48,271 nucleotides of DNA from Octopus bimaculoides (lineage: Eukaryota): assembly GCF_001194135.2 (NCBI RefSeq), contig NC_068987.1, positions 68,369,183 through 68,417,453 of the forward strand. The letters run 5' to 3'. The notes under the pieces were generated by a model. It was not told where the DNA came from, did not search any database, and saw nothing but the letters and a program-made list of their open reading frames with translations. Within the stretch, counting starts at the first letter, position 1, and every line of letters begins with the position of its first letter. Shown here piece by piece: positions 23,401 through 36,772 of this stretch. The position numbers were made by a program, and so were the translations under genes.

Positions 23401-24689
23401 ATAATCATACACTTTGTCATTATTTTCATTATTACGCGAACAATTTTCCCCGAGGCTCTTGGTTTATCATATCAATTCTTATTCTTGTTTATTCCTATTT
23501 ATTTAAATATTTATTATTTACATATTTGTTTATTTATTTATTCTCCTTTACTCTTTCAAATGCATTCGGCCATATTGCTTTTTGTTAAGACCTGCTTGAT
23601 TAACGAGTCTGCACCAACGAATGCTTCTCTAAACACAGTTCTACAATCTCATGATAATTCTAAGATACACTTCTTAATCAAATGATTGTCGTTTCAACCC
23701 GCAAAATTGATTATGTTCCCTGCTTAGAATGCGGCAAAGTATTTGCCACCAACTCTTCACTTTCACTCTATCTCGCACCAAGTTCTTATTGAAGCCTTGG
23801 GTCGGTTTTACAACGTTTTCTATTTTGTGTTATTTGCTCCATTATTTTTTTCTTTTTTTATTGCCATTCTCTCCTCCTCCTTTCGATCCGTTCTACTGAT
23901 CAACCTTTTCGTAAAAATGCTAGTCACACATGCTCTCCAAATTCTGACCCTCGAGATATATGGCTAACATTGTTGAGAAGCAGTGGCACAAATATCTCAG
24001 AATCCTTGATTGAATTTGTAGGAAAAGTAAAAGTTTTGGGCACTTCTTCATTTTATCTCTCCCTCTAATCTATGTACACCGACGAAAATTTACTGTATTG
24101 ATTTAGCGCCATCTTGATTGGCATAAAACAAAATGTATACAGAAGCTTGCCTGTAAGGAGAACCGTTCTAAAACACGCACGTATTTGCTAGGATTAAACA
24201 AGGAAAAAATATGGCTTCTCACTGAACAAGTCACCTGCTCAATCACGTGATGTTTCTCATCTACAGTTTCTCTTACATGATTAATATGATATATGTTCCC
24301 TTGCTACTATGATTTATCTTTTCACCCTTCCCTTTACGAATACAGCATTATTTCCAAGGGAGAAAATATCAATATCATTAGCAGTGTGCCTAATAATTTA
24401 TTATGTTTTGGTTTATCGGGGTGGCATAGGAGTGGGGATAATTACCTTGCTATATCATGACGAGCGTCGACCATCATCTGGGTGGCAACTCTAACGCCGA
24501 AGATGAGCGAAAGTACGGGTAGATGTATTGTTTATATTAATTCAAATCTTATTACACTACCGTCTGAAAAAAAGAAACGGTAAGATATACATTCAAAGCG
24601 ACTGATAGACTTATCAGAGGATTGAAATAATTGGTAAAGCAACTGGCAGGACTTAGCTCAAATCCTACCGAACCAAACTTTTAATTAAG

Positions 24690-24771
<82 letters not shown>

Positions 24772-25162
24772 TATATAATTTTCAATAAGAAGCAGTTTTA
24801 ATAATGCAAACATTTCCGAAACTACATGCTTAATATATTTTTCGCTTAAGCGCTAATTGACTGTAAGATTCGTCTGGGGAAAAGTTCCTTTAAAACTTCA
24901 ATTTAAGTTTTATTTGAGAGAATTTCGACAACAGATTGTAATACTTAATGCAACCAATTATACACTCTCTGAATGGCTCAGAAATTATTGAGCAATGCAT
25001 TAAAGAAGTTCAGTAACTAATCTAATGTTTGATGTAGCTTAGAATCGATATATATATAGTAGACAATTAAACAGTTGGCACATGTTAGGAGAGAGATTTT
25101 TGAATATGTTATTGACCAGTTCAAAATATTTATATATGTGTAAAGTGATACCCATCTATATG

Positions 25163-25378
25163 TACGCATGAGGTGCTGAAAAGGTACTGAAGAAATTACA
25201 GAAGAATCAGATAATTATAATTTTATTCAACATATTCGCTTCACAGATTCACACACTTATTGCAGCGGTTCTTCGGTTTTTCAAGCCCTGTAAAGTAGGT
25301 TGGGCTTCCAACCAAGCCTTTCGCGATACTCTTAAAGCTAGGAACTTTTCAGCACCCTCTCCTCGGTTTAGTACTGGC
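25163..25378 (-). mobile_element. Mariner-derived MITE, copy 1
   Basis: TIR remnants tacgcatgaggtgctgaaaag and ggaacttttcagcaccctc. The interior is the reverse complement of 25719-25938. Confidence 0.8.
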
Positions 25379-25718
25379 TCATATGGGAAGGTTTCTGTTC
25401 TCTATGATACTATTACTCGAATGAAATAATTTTTTGGTTATGAATAAAATAAATTACGAGAGAGCCTTTACATAGTGGTATTTCTTGCTAGAAACAACGA
25501 TTAAATATCTTTAAAACCCTACACTTTTGGCGGCGAACTTGCAGAGATGCTAGAACGTGTGGAAAGAATTTTTCAACGTAACTGCTTGACACTCAGAACA
25601 CTGATTTCAAATCCGTGAAGATCATCGTTTCCTTGTATCCTTTCCAGGTGGACTTTGAAAACAGTACCAATCCAGTGCGGTGGATTGAAAAACTGTTTGA
25701 GCATCGAACTGAATGCCT

Positions 25719-25938
25719 TACGAGGGAGTACTGAAAAGTTCCTGGCTTTAAGGTCTCGCGAAAGACCTGATGGTAGGCCCAACCTTCCGAATTCTTTTAC
25801 AGGGCTTAGAAAAATTGAAGGAGCGCTGCAATAAGTGTGTAAATCTTAGACGAGGAAATGTTGAATAAAATCATAATTAACTGATCCTCCTATATCTTCT
25901 TTTACCCAAAGCCAGGAACTTTTCAGCACCCTCTGTTA
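25719..25938 (+). mobile_element. Mariner-derived MITE, copy 2 (Hsmar2/irritans-like TIR)
   Basis: TA plus TIRs cgagggagtactgaaaagttcctggcttt / aaagccaggaacttttcagcaccctc. The interior retains the transposase C-terminus QGLEKLKERCNKCVNLR..VE*. Confidence 0.85.
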
Positions 25939-26094
25939 CTTTATTTGTTCCTACCCTTTCCTTTCTGAGTTAAGATCCCACCATAGCCTAGTCTGATACT
26001 ACAACATGTCTTTAAAAAAATCCATTTCTCCGGTTTGAGGATATTAATCATTCTCAATTGCACAGTAAAGGCTTATGAGTTCTACCTTCCTACC

Positions 26095-26259
26095 TGTTGT
26101 GTCGAAGCCCCCAAGCGAAGAAGTAAGATCGCCCAAGACATATAAATAGAGGTAGTCTAGCCGTCGTAGAGGAGTTACATAGCCGTTGAGTAACCGTCGT
26201 GTACCGGTTGAGAAGAGATCATCCGAAGGTGCTAGATAGCAGTAGCTTGGGACATAACA
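26095..26259. mobile_element. Solo LTR (165 bp), copy 2
   Basis: TGTTGTG...CATAACA with a perfect 5-bp TSD ctacc (26090-26094 / 26260-26264). Same orientation as 16591-16766. Confidence 0.9.
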
Positions 26260-26638
26260 CTACCTGATTAAAAAGATAAAGAAGAGTCACCATTAAAGTA
26301 GTCTGGCCTATACTACGGAATATGGCCGGAATATCTTTGGATACAGTAAAGCTAGATCGGGGTTGTCTTGTTCTCCACATGATCTTAGTACTTTGTTTTA
26401 AGGGCTTTGTTTCCAATTTATAATTCCTATTCGTCGTTTAGTTCCATTTCAGTCCTATTTGAGCAGAATCTTAAGTAGATATCTCTGTCGTAAATATCCC
26501 ATTTTTTTAGGGCGGTGTAGGACAAATCTAATGCAATATTTCCTTATTTAAGACGGTAGAATGCAATATGAGGAAAGTTTAAGGACTGTTTACAACCAGT
26601 CAAGTGACCGTGTATAAGCTCCGTTTTCTTATGTGTGC

Positions 26639-26640
<2 letters not shown>

Positions 26641-26694
<54 letters not shown>

Positions 26695-27664
26695 GCGTGC
26701 GTGCGTGCGTGCATGTATGTAGGTACGTATGTATGAATGTATGTACGTACGTATGTATGAATGTTTGTATGCATGTATGTATGTAGGTACGTGTGTACGT
26801 ATGTTGGTACGTACGTATGTACGTATGTTGGTATGTACGTACGTATGTATGTATGTATGTATGTATGGATGGATGGATGGATGGATGGATGTATTGTATG
26901 TGTATGCTGCCCTTTATGAGCTAGGGATGTCATCAGAAATTGTGAACCCTGGTTTACAATTTCCACGGCACATAATAGGTTCCGGCCCTGCAGCCTTCAT
27001 GATTAAACACTGTTCTTTTCATTACTTTCAATTAAGAAAACTGTTAACAGAATAAAATTGATGACCGCTGTCAGTGATCTCTTTTAATAAAATAAACTCC
27101 TTGAGACACATCTTTATAAGAATATTAATCATGTTTAGCTATGTGCAGATGAAAGAGTAACTGCCCTTGGTACTTCTAATAAGAAAGAGGAAAAAATGAG
27201 ATTATACACAAGATTGACTGCATGGATAAACTGTCGCATCGACGCCATCTTTGTAACATGCAACACCAAAGTTAGAAATTCAAACAGCAGTGACATAATC
27301 GCTATCACACACGCATACACGGAAACACACAAGCACAAAACACACACAAACACATACACAAAGAAGTGGACATAAACGGGTGCATATACATACAATTTCA
27401 CTCAGAGTCTTTTCCTTTTCTTCTTTACCCTTTCTTCTGCTCCCTCGCTCTCAATCTTCTTTCGCACGCTCTGTCACACTCTCTATTTCTTCCCTTTCTC
27501 TCACTCGCTTCTTGTATATGAGTAGGCAATTTTTTTTTACTTTCTTCTCTCTTCAATCAAATGCGCACACATCACTTATAATCAACACACACACACACAC
27601 ACACAGACGCACACACACACTTATATGTGTGTGTGTGTGTATATATATATACATACATATATAT

Positions 27665-27748
<84 letters not shown>

Positions 27749-27933
27749 TTGTGTTTTATACAGAAGACACAATTCACATAAACTATCCCCCAACACACAA
27801 CACTTATACATATAAACACATATTCTGCGTTTTCTTAAAGTAATGTTAGATAACATAAAAACATACTTATATAACCGATACATACGCGTACAACTGAATA
27901 TAGACAAACACAACCAAACATATNNNNNNNNNN

Positions 27934-27982
<49 letters not shown>

Positions 27983-28755
27983 TAAGCATAAATGCGATGA
28001 CGCCCTTTGATGCGCATATAAGTTCACATAATTTGCTACAGTACAAATAGATACCCATGTATGTCAGCATGTTCACTCGATTTTAATACAGAAACACATA
28101 CACGCATAAAAACACAAATACACACATACAAAAACGCACATACTCACACACTCGCACACACGCACATACATGCACATATAAATTCATTATAATATATATA
28201 TGTATATGTACGAGTTTTCTTAAACATATGTACAGATGCCTTACATACACACACATATGTATGCGTGTATATATGTGTATGTAAATACGTCTGTCTGTAT
28301 GTATGCACGTATGTAGTATGTGTGTGTCACCAATATCTCTTTCTGTTATTTCGATGCATAAAATTTAGTCTTAAGAATGGATACAAAATGCAAAATAACA
28401 GAAAGAAATATATATATAAAACATAAATGTATGTATGTATTTACATATGCAAACAAGGTGGCATGCACATACACATACACACTCGTATACATGCATGCTT
28501 ACATTGTGCACACTTACATAATACATGCATACATATATGCATATATATATATATACATATATATATATGTGTGTGTGTGTGTTTCTTTGTGTGTGCGTAG
28601 GGTTGACTTGAGAGAGAATGATGACGTGTATGAAGTAAAGCAAGGTTTGAGAGAGGCATTAGGAAAGTCGAATAAAAACGCGGAAGCATATGAGTGAAAG
28701 GCAGTTTCGAATGATAAAAGAAAGAAGAAAGAAGGAAGTAAAGAAAGAAGGAAAA

Positions 28756-28798
<43 letters not shown>

Positions 28799-28856
28799 GA
28801 AGGAAGAAAGAAAGACAGAGAAGTAAGGGAAAGTAATATATGAAAAATATGGAAGT

Positions 28857-28901
<45 letters not shown>

Positions 28902-29415
28902 GCTGTGAGGCAGAAAGGGAATGTGAGAAAGATGTGAGAAAGAGGAATAGAGGAAAATATGAAGTGGTCTGGTTGATGAGAGAATGAGAGTAAATGACTA
29001 TTCGGATTAAACAATGGCAATGTGTGAAGTGACAGGCCAGAAAGACAGATGCGTTACATTATATTGGATCGTGGAAGTTTCTAGATGGTAAAAAGATCAA
29101 AGAATATTCAAGTGGAGATGTTAAGGAGGTCTTTTAATGAAGGACACTATAAAGGAAATTCTCACTTTTGTATTTCCTTCTTAGTTTTCCCAAACTGCAG
29201 ATTTCTGCAGTGCCAGTTTTCAAGTGTTTCAGCGTTGGTTCTCTTGAAATTCTCCAACTTGCTTGATGCAAAGAGTTTTTATTTTTTTTTTTAAATGGTG
29301 TATAAAAGATTTATGGAAATGTATGAAGATGTATATATGCTTCTTTCTTTTTTCTTTTTTTTTTTCTTTTTGTATGTATGTGTGTGTGAGTTTGTGTGGG
29401 TGTGTGCGTGTTTGA

Positions 29416-29468
<53 letters not shown>

Positions 29469-29480
29469 TAATAATAATAA
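26641..29480. repeat. Microsatellite-dense zone: (TG), (TATG), (GGAT), (CA/TA), (GAAA), (GATA), (TAA)
   Basis: Direct reading; interleaved with short unique spacers. Confidence 0.9.
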
Positions 29481-30942
29481 TTGTTGTTGTTTTTGTTGGT
29501 ATTAACTTGTTTTTATCTCGTTCAGGTTCACAGTGGTTAGAATATACGCGAGAGGATTCAAATTGCTGGTGTCTTTTATTTTGTGTAATTCTTTACTGTA
29601 CTTTAACTTTTTGTTTCTCTTTGTATTCTTCAGATGAAGATATATTGAAGCCTTTAATTTTTTTTTTTTTTGTATGAATTCAGAAAAGAGAAAAGAAGAG
29701 AGAAAGAGGTGGTGGGCAGTACAGGAAACATGCGTGGTGAAAAGGAGTAGAGATCAACCAAAAGAGACAAAATACTCATACAGATATAGAGAGAAAGATA
29801 GAGAAGGAATAAATGACAGATAAATACTGTGTGTGTATCTATGGGATGAATATGAGTCACATATGCATATGCCGATGGAATTATTGAATTGTAGCTATGG
29901 TCAAATCATTATACTAGCTTTTACTCTGACAAAAACTTGTTTTTTGTCAGAACAAAATACAAATTATCTAGAGCAGACAATGCTAGCGAAGGTTCTAAAC
30001 TCTCTACTACGAGAACTGAACCCATCATTTTTATTTCTTAATATTAATGTGTTTCAATGACTGCTTTATTGGCTCCTCTCTATATCATTTCTCTCTGAAG
30101 AAACACACTTGTACACATCGTTCGAACTTTCCCTCCACATTGTAAATTAGCATAATGTTTCTTTCGATTTTTCTATCGTTCTTTAATTCTTCCGTAGCGA
30201 TGATTTGAAACCAAACCGCTAGTTAACCGATCCGACATCACGAATAAACCACAGTAGTTTCAAATGGTCGGTCTATTAAGCAACCAACCAGCGTCAAGCT
30301 ATTGCGTAATTCAATCTTCTAGAATTTTCTCTTTGTGCTCTATAAAAAAGTCGATTTTTGGTGGTATTTGCAGAATTTTTAGGCAGTACACGTTGTGTCT
30401 CCATTCTTACCATATCTAGCCGATTAAAAGAGATGGCAGATAACAGACAGCAATTTTCATCGGCACGGATATAGCGCAATTATTTTCTTATTGTGATGAG
30501 CCAGCCACAATTTGCTTTATCAGTAAGCTTGTTGTAAACTCCAGGCAGAATGTCTCACCCAGTAAGTAATTATTGCTGTTAGAATTTGTAAAAGACCAAC
30601 GCAGTTAAAAATATGTGTGCAGTCATAAAATCTGTTAATTGTTCGTGGGTGTTGTCAGTTATTTCTTCACGCGGCCCGAGAAATACAGTTTATGCATATT
30701 CGTGCATCAATTCAACCAGTCATCATCTCAGACCAGCCAACAACAACAAAGAACAATCTCACCGACACAATTCACTGCACTTTAATTTGTTCTGTCAAAA
30801 CAGGAGATGATATTTATTTAGGATTTTATATCGAATGTTGATTATTCATTCGTCAGACAGACACACACAGAGACAGAGAGAATTTGCTAGATCAGAACGC
30901 AAAACTAGCAGATATTGTCTGTGTGTGTGTACGCACGTATTC

Positions 30943-30980
<38 letters not shown>

Positions 30981-31456
30981 CTGTGTGTGGTTCTGCGGTA
31001 GAGGGTTACACTGTGATTGACTATTCCGTATTAAGTTTTTCCAAAGGTAACAGGATAACAAAAATGGCAGTGTTATTTGAGTGGCGTTACTCTTCGCGGT
31101 TCTCTGAGACCCAAATACTGCCGATAACAACTTTGCCTTTCACACTTTTAGGGTCGATAAATAAAAGGTCGACCAGGTATTAGAATCGATTCTTTTGTCT
31201 ATCTTTCTGAGAAAATGTCAGTTGTCGTCAGATCTGATAAGGTGTAGGCACTGAGAAGTTTAGATATCCAAAGTGCGTATATTACGACAGAGATTCTACG
31301 ATTTCATTAAACTGAAGTCAAAGTGAAGTCGTGACTACTCAAAACTTCGTATAACATTATATCTTATTGTTCTGACATCTTATTTTGTCTATGTTGTGGT
31401 TGCATCGCTTCAATATGTTGAATAACAATATAGTTTCACATCAATATTTCATATAG

Positions 31457-31495
31457 GAAGGCGGCGAGCTAGCAAAAACGTTAGCACGCCGGGCA
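31457..31495 (+). mobile_element. SINE family D head fragment
   Basis: aaggcggcgagctagcaaaaacgttagcacgccgg matches the 33609 and 38168 heads. Confidence 0.55.
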
Positions 31496-31583
31496 TACAC
31501 TCTCTGTATAAGATGCAGAATATTGCGAGAAGTCGTTGACTGCATCTGAGATACAGGATTTAAAGGTTAGTATCACGAGAAGT

Positions 31584-32552
31584 AGATCGCCTGGTTTTGA
31601 TGGTGTATCCTATGTGCTTTATTTCTAGACATGTATTTCTAAAGCACCGACGTCCAGGCAGAAGTCTACGGTGACTGATATCAGAACGGGAAGATGGATA
31701 TTCCCAACTTTCTAAGACAGATGGTTTAGAATAGCTGAAGGAAAACGCCGACAAATAGGACGCACTTGATAATTTAAGCCCCGTATCTCTGTTAAATGCT
31801 AAGTCTATAATTTTGACAAAGGTGACAGTAAAGAGATTGAGAGCATGGTCAGGCGAGTGCGGACATATACGATCCCGACCAGGCCTATCCACAACTTCCA
31901 TATTATGCGATACATTGTAAAGATGGTAGGTGGTATACTTGGTTTTGATGGTGCTCTAGTCGACATAGATATATTAAAAGAGCTGTCGATCAAAGCTATT
32001 TGGTCTCTGTCTTCACTGTAGCCAATCCCGGTTCTGGTTTCAAGGTCTGGATCACTTCAATGTACAACATTATCAACATGATGATCAGAATAAATGTTTA
32101 CCTATTGGAATTGTTTCAGGTCACCCTCTCTGATCGTAAATAGTGCCGTCTCTAAATTTTTATGCATGTACTGATTCTAGGTGCACAACTGCGACATTTG
32201 GAGACGATGAAGTGCTTCCCATCGAACTAGAACGCGAAAGAACCGTGTCGGTGTATGCGAACGATGGCAGCAATGGTGGTGGATATCACGAAAATTGCGC
32301 AATTCGGCATCATTCTAAAGAAAAACAAGACTTAGACCGGAGGTGAAAATTAACCTGAATATACTGGGTTCACGGCTTGACACCTACAGAAGCAAATTCA
32401 ATGATATCAAAGTATAGACGTGGAGAATTGGATGCATGGTCTTGTTAAGTTGCTTAGGATTTGTTTTTGTCCGGACCTCCAGGCGGATAGCAACTCAGAC
32501 GATATTAGGATCAGAGTGGCCACACGCAGAGATGGCGAGGGCATATGTTTCT
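31584..32552 (+). mobile_element. Decayed L1/Tx1-clade LINE reverse transcriptase fragment, copy 1
   Basis: Ordered RT motifs with frameshifts: RSPGFDG, PVSLLNAKSIILTKV..KRL, IHNFHIMRYI, GFKVWITSMY, (QG)HPLS, VSVYAND (YADD-like, 32251-32265), VKLL..F.PDLQ and AEMARAYV. Confidence 0.8.
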
Positions 32553-32697
32553 CGTTTGGCCAAGGAATTAGGGAAAAACCCCACGATCTTTATATCTTTG
32601 ACATTTGATATCATTTTTATGTAATGGAAGGAGGAAAGTCTTTCTCACTTTGAGATCGATAAAGAAATCACTTTCTTTTATATTTTTTTGTGTGAAA

Positions 32698-32760
<63 letters not shown>
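32698..32760 (+). repeat. (ATT)n microsatellite between the two LINE fragments
   Basis: Direct reading. Confidence 0.95.
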
Positions 32761-32768
32761 GCCACCAC

Positions 32769-33246
32769 AGCTGGTGACAGAAAAGGTTAATGAGACTGCA
32801 GTTCGGCACCTGGAGAAGCAGGCCCATGCCAACCGACAGCGTTGTGGGGCGCGGAAGGCCCTGTTAAATTGCTCGGGTCTGGTTCGGTCCCGATCTCCAA
32901 GTTGACAAGAACTGGGTGAGGTGACAGACAGGGTGGCCAGTCTCACCCAGAAATGGACTGAGAGGAAGCTGTCTCTGAAAGGTCGAGCGGAAGTGGCGAA
33001 TGCGGACATCTCATCCGTCATATACTACCGCCTAACTGTGGTCCCTTGCCCTGCTTCGTGGCTGAACGGGCTGGTGCGTTTGCTTTTCCGCTTCCTGTAG
33101 AAGACGGTCCATTTGCTGTCAGCACCTGTTGCGTGGAGGATTGGACATGCCGGGGCTGAGGATACGCAGACATGCGCTGAGGCTGCGACATCTCCTGCGA
33201 TATCTTAACGGTGAGCAGGTGTGGCCGCCGTTTGTTGAACGCCCTT
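32769..33246 (+). mobile_element. L1/Tx1-clade LINE ORF2 fragment (post-RT region), copy 2, better preserved
   Basis: LQFGTWRSRPMP..., GPVKLLG/WFGPDLQVDKNW, then 32918-33100 EVTDRVASLTQKWTERKLSLKGRAEVANADISSVIYYRLTVVPCP...FRFL*, then HPLRGGLDMP. The W..R.LS..GR and GGL.MP motifs are typical of L1/Tx1. Confidence 0.85.
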
Positions 33247-33430
33247 TTCCGAAATGCTTAGCAGTATTTCGCCCGTCGCTATGTTCTGAGATCAAATTCT
33301 GCTAAGTTTGACTTTGCCTTTCATCTTTTTGGGGTCGATAAATTAAGTATCAGTTGAGTACTGGGGTCGATGTTATTGACTTAACCCCTTCCCCTAAATT
33401 TCCAGGCCTTATGCCTATAGAAGAATGAAT
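33247..33430 (+). mobile_element. SINE family D, 5'-truncated, abutting the LINE fragment
   Basis: cgaaatgcttagc...gactttgcctttcatc...ggggtcgataaa..aagta..agttgagtactggggtcgat...ccaggccttatgcc. Confidence 0.8.
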
Positions 33431-33592
33431 TGTTATTGTAATAGTAGTAGTAATTGTTGTCGTTGTTGTTGTTGTTGTTCTTCTTCTTCTTCTTCTTCTT
33501 CTTCTTCTTCTTCTTCTTCTTCTTCTTCTTCTTCTTCTTCTTCTTCTTCTTCTTCTTCTTCTTCTTCTTCTTCTTCTTCTTCTTCTTCTTCT
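33428..33592 (+). repeat. Compound (ATT/TAG/TTG)-(TTC)n microsatellite grown from a SINE D tail
   Basis: Direct reading; it starts at the SINE 3' end. Confidence 0.9.
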
Positions 33593-33608
33593 CTTTCTGT
33601 GAGTCATA

Positions 33609-33855
33609 AAGTCGGCGAGCTGGCTGAGTCGTTATCACGTCGGGAAAAATGCATATCATCATTTCATCCGTCTACTTCCTGAACTTCAAATTCTGCCGTA
33701 TTTACGTTCTAAGTTCAAATTCCGCCGATGTCGAATTTGTCTTGCATCCTTTCAGGGTCGATGAAATAAGTGCCAATTGAGTACTGGGGTCTATATAATC
33801 GAGTAATCCCCTTTCCTAAATTTCAGGTCCTGTGCCAATTGTAGAAAGGATTATA
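33609..33855 (+). mobile_element. SINE family D, near full length
   Basis: ggcgagctggctgagtcgtta head with a partial internal duplication of gttcaaatt, plus the same body and tail as the other D copies. Confidence 0.8.
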
Positions 33856-34037
33856 TTGGGTGTAAAAATTTGTTTCTTGTTTAGATCTATAATCAAGAAC
33901 GTTCAATCCATGAGCTTTCTGTATTTTTGGAGGATTTAATGCAGTGTCCTACATTATAAATGTATATATATAAAATAAAGTAAGATGTTTGGCTCGTGTG
34001 TATGTGATAAGAGACGGGGGGGGGAGTCCTAATATAT

Positions 34038-34285
34038 AAAAGTAAAGGTAAATTTACCCTTTCGAGTCATACCGGCTTAAAAGGGTCAGTTTCCTGCTTT
34101 CATGGGGTATATATTTCCTACTTGGATGGGTCGCAGGAATACTCATTTTTTGCCAGCTGAGTGGACTGAAGCAACGCAAAATGAAGTGCTTTGCTCAAGA
34201 ACACAACGTGTCGCGCGGTTCAGGAATCGGAACCACAATCTTGCGATCATGAGTTCAACACCCTTACCACTAAGCCACGCGCCTC
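34038..34285 (-). mobile_element. SINE family B
   Basis: Minus strand gaggcgcgtggcttagtgg...ccactcagctggcaaaaaatgagta. The tail is related to that of 12416, with a short deletion. Confidence 0.85.
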
Positions 34286-34342
34286 TAACATTTGTAAACA
34301 ACGAATTTCATGTTGTTCATATACTCCTCTAATGTACCAATG

Positions 34343-34733
34343 TGTGTTGTGCGTTGGCACTCCGTCGCTTACGATGTCGAGGGTTCCAGTTGATCCGGTC
34401 GACGGAACAGCCTGCTCGTGAAATTAACGTGCAAGTGGCTGAGCACTCCGCAGATACGTGTACCCCTAATGTAGTTCTCGGGGAGATTCAGCGTGACACA
34501 GTGTGACAAGGCTGACCCTTTGAATTACAGGCACAATAGAAACAGGAAGTAAGAGTGAGAGAAAGTTGTGGTGAAAGAGTACAGCAGGGTTCGCCACCGT
34601 CCCCTGCCGAAGCCTTGTGGAACTTTAGGTGTTTTCGCTCAATAAACACTCACAACGCCCGGTCTTGGAATCGAAACCGCGATCCTATGACCGCGAGTCC
34701 TCTGCCCTAACCACTGGGCCATTGCGCCTCCAC
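34343..34733 (-). mobile_element. SINE family A, full length, with a 12-bp TSD
   Basis: TSD aatg(t/c)accaatg at 34331-34342 and 34734-34745; colinear with 4106-4490. Confidence 0.92.
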
Positions 34734-35009
34734 AATGCACCAATGAAGGCATGACTATCACGCACTCTTTCTTTCTTTCTTTTTTTTTTCTTGTTAAATA
34801 GATATTTTGCAGATTCATTAAAACGCCGGAAAACAATGGTTTCCAATATTTGTCCTGGTGCTTTAGTCGAAAAACATCGATTTACTCCTCCTCACAAAAC
34901 TTCAGGTCATGTGCTTGAATCGGATTAGCCAATCCTCAATAGTTAATAAAGAAAGCATCGTCATTATCATTATTAAAGTTAGAGAGCCAACAGAATCATT
35001 ATAGTATTG

Positions 35010-35437
35010 TGGGAAATGCCTTGTACTATTTGTTCCGGCTCCTTACATTTAGAGTTCAAACCCCTCCAAGATTGACCTTGCTTTTCATCTATCTGGGTGT
35101 CGATAAAATAAATACCAGCTGAGCACTGAGGTCGATGATATCGACTGTCATCGTCCTTTGAAATTACAGGTTTTGTGCAAAAATTTGAAACCATTATCAT
35201 TGCTGTTGTTGTTTAAGGAGGTTGTGTTGGCAGAACTGTTACCGTGTCAGAGTTTGTGCTGATTCTGCAGTGTTTGTACCGATTCCGCGTTCCGAGTTAA
35301 TATCCCAAACAGATCAACTTTGTCTTGCGTTCCTCGGGAGTCGATATAATGAAGTAACAGTCAAATAATGAAATCGATGTTATCAACTTAGGACCTCCCT
35401 TGAAAACTGCTGGTCTTCAACATGAATTAGAAATTAT
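35010..35437 (+). mobile_element. Two tandem diverged SINE family D copies (about 35010-35180 and 35215-35437)
   Basis: Each carries gtcgata(a/t)aat, gtcgatg.tatc(g/a)act and the gaaatt...gaaac tail. Confidence 0.65.
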
Positions 35438-36411
35438 TTGTTAGGAACTATTCTCCTTGTTAGAAGCAATTATAATTACTTGCGTCTGTGTTTTTGCTTG
35501 TATTATTAATCTTTGTTCAACATCGCCGTTCTGGGAAAATTAATCCTCAAAAATATTTCAAACTGCAATCCTACCAAGAATGAAAACATAGAAGTACAAA
35601 CCCAGAAGAGTTAGCCTTTAAAATTCCATCAAGCACAGTGGGGTTTCCAATATTTCGCTAGAGGTTCGACTAAACCAAGACTTCATTCAATGCATTTTCC
35701 ATGAAATATTTCTCGGTTCTGTCCTGGGAGTTTCTCATATGCATTTCAATATTTCTCTCATTTGTGCAGGTATCCTAAGGGAGATCAATAAATACGAAAG
35801 AGTTTGTGTTTACTGCGCTCTCTGTATTAACAAAAAAAAAAGGTTGGTATACTTTGCCTTTCTTTGTTAGATTTATCGAGCTTATTCCTTTTACATGTAA
35901 TTGTTGATGTTGTTATCGTCAGAGAAAACATTTAAGCAAACATTGAAAGAATAAAGCAATTATACCTGTATATGTGTATATTCACTTCTACAGAGAATAA
36001 CCTCTTCTTAACTTGTGAAATGAAACAAAAATATATTTTGGCGATGTAATATTTTTAAGGGATAAAAAATATCGTAACGCAAATACAAAAAGGAATGTCA
36101 ACAAAATAAAATACGCACACGCACATACGTGGATGTGTATCATTTATTTGTTCATTTTCCTGTTTGCATTTGCTTTACGATAATTTCTGATACTTTAAAA
36201 GTACATAAGCATATAAGTATATATGTGTATGTATATTTATTTATCCATTCACACATACTCAGATACATATTTCATGCATGCATGCATAAATATATGTATA
36301 TGCATATCCCTATACATACATATACTCATACATGCTTAAGTATATACACGTATACCTACCTATTAATGAATATATTCATGTGTACGTGAACATATATATA
36401 TGTTTACACAA

Positions 36412-36452
<41 letters not shown>

Positions 36453-36725
36453 CATATAAATGCAAATAAATGTATGTATATATATACACACGCGCGCACA
36501 CAAGCACATGCATATGCATGGGGAAGCTGATGACCTCCCTTATTCGAAGGTTGTAATGGACACAGGCTTGTGTGTCACATAGCTAGCTAGAGGCTATGGG
36601 CTCTTGGAGTTAATCAACGGCAGCATTCGTCCTATTTTTCTGGACTGCCATGTTAGCTTGGCGATAACTATTAATACCCGGTACTGCTGCCGTAGTCTCC
36701 TTTAAAGAGATTTAGAAATAATGTA

Positions 36726-36772
<47 letters not shown>

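Noticed and set aside
25640-25730. + strand acceptor with frame VDFENSTNPVRWIEKLFEHRTECL
   Set aside because: No convincing donor before the frame runs into the MITE and stops
29919-29950. tctgacaaaaa/tttttgtcaga hairpin as a terminator
   Set aside because: An isolated AT-rich 11-bp stem in eukaryotic non-coding DNA, with no associated unit
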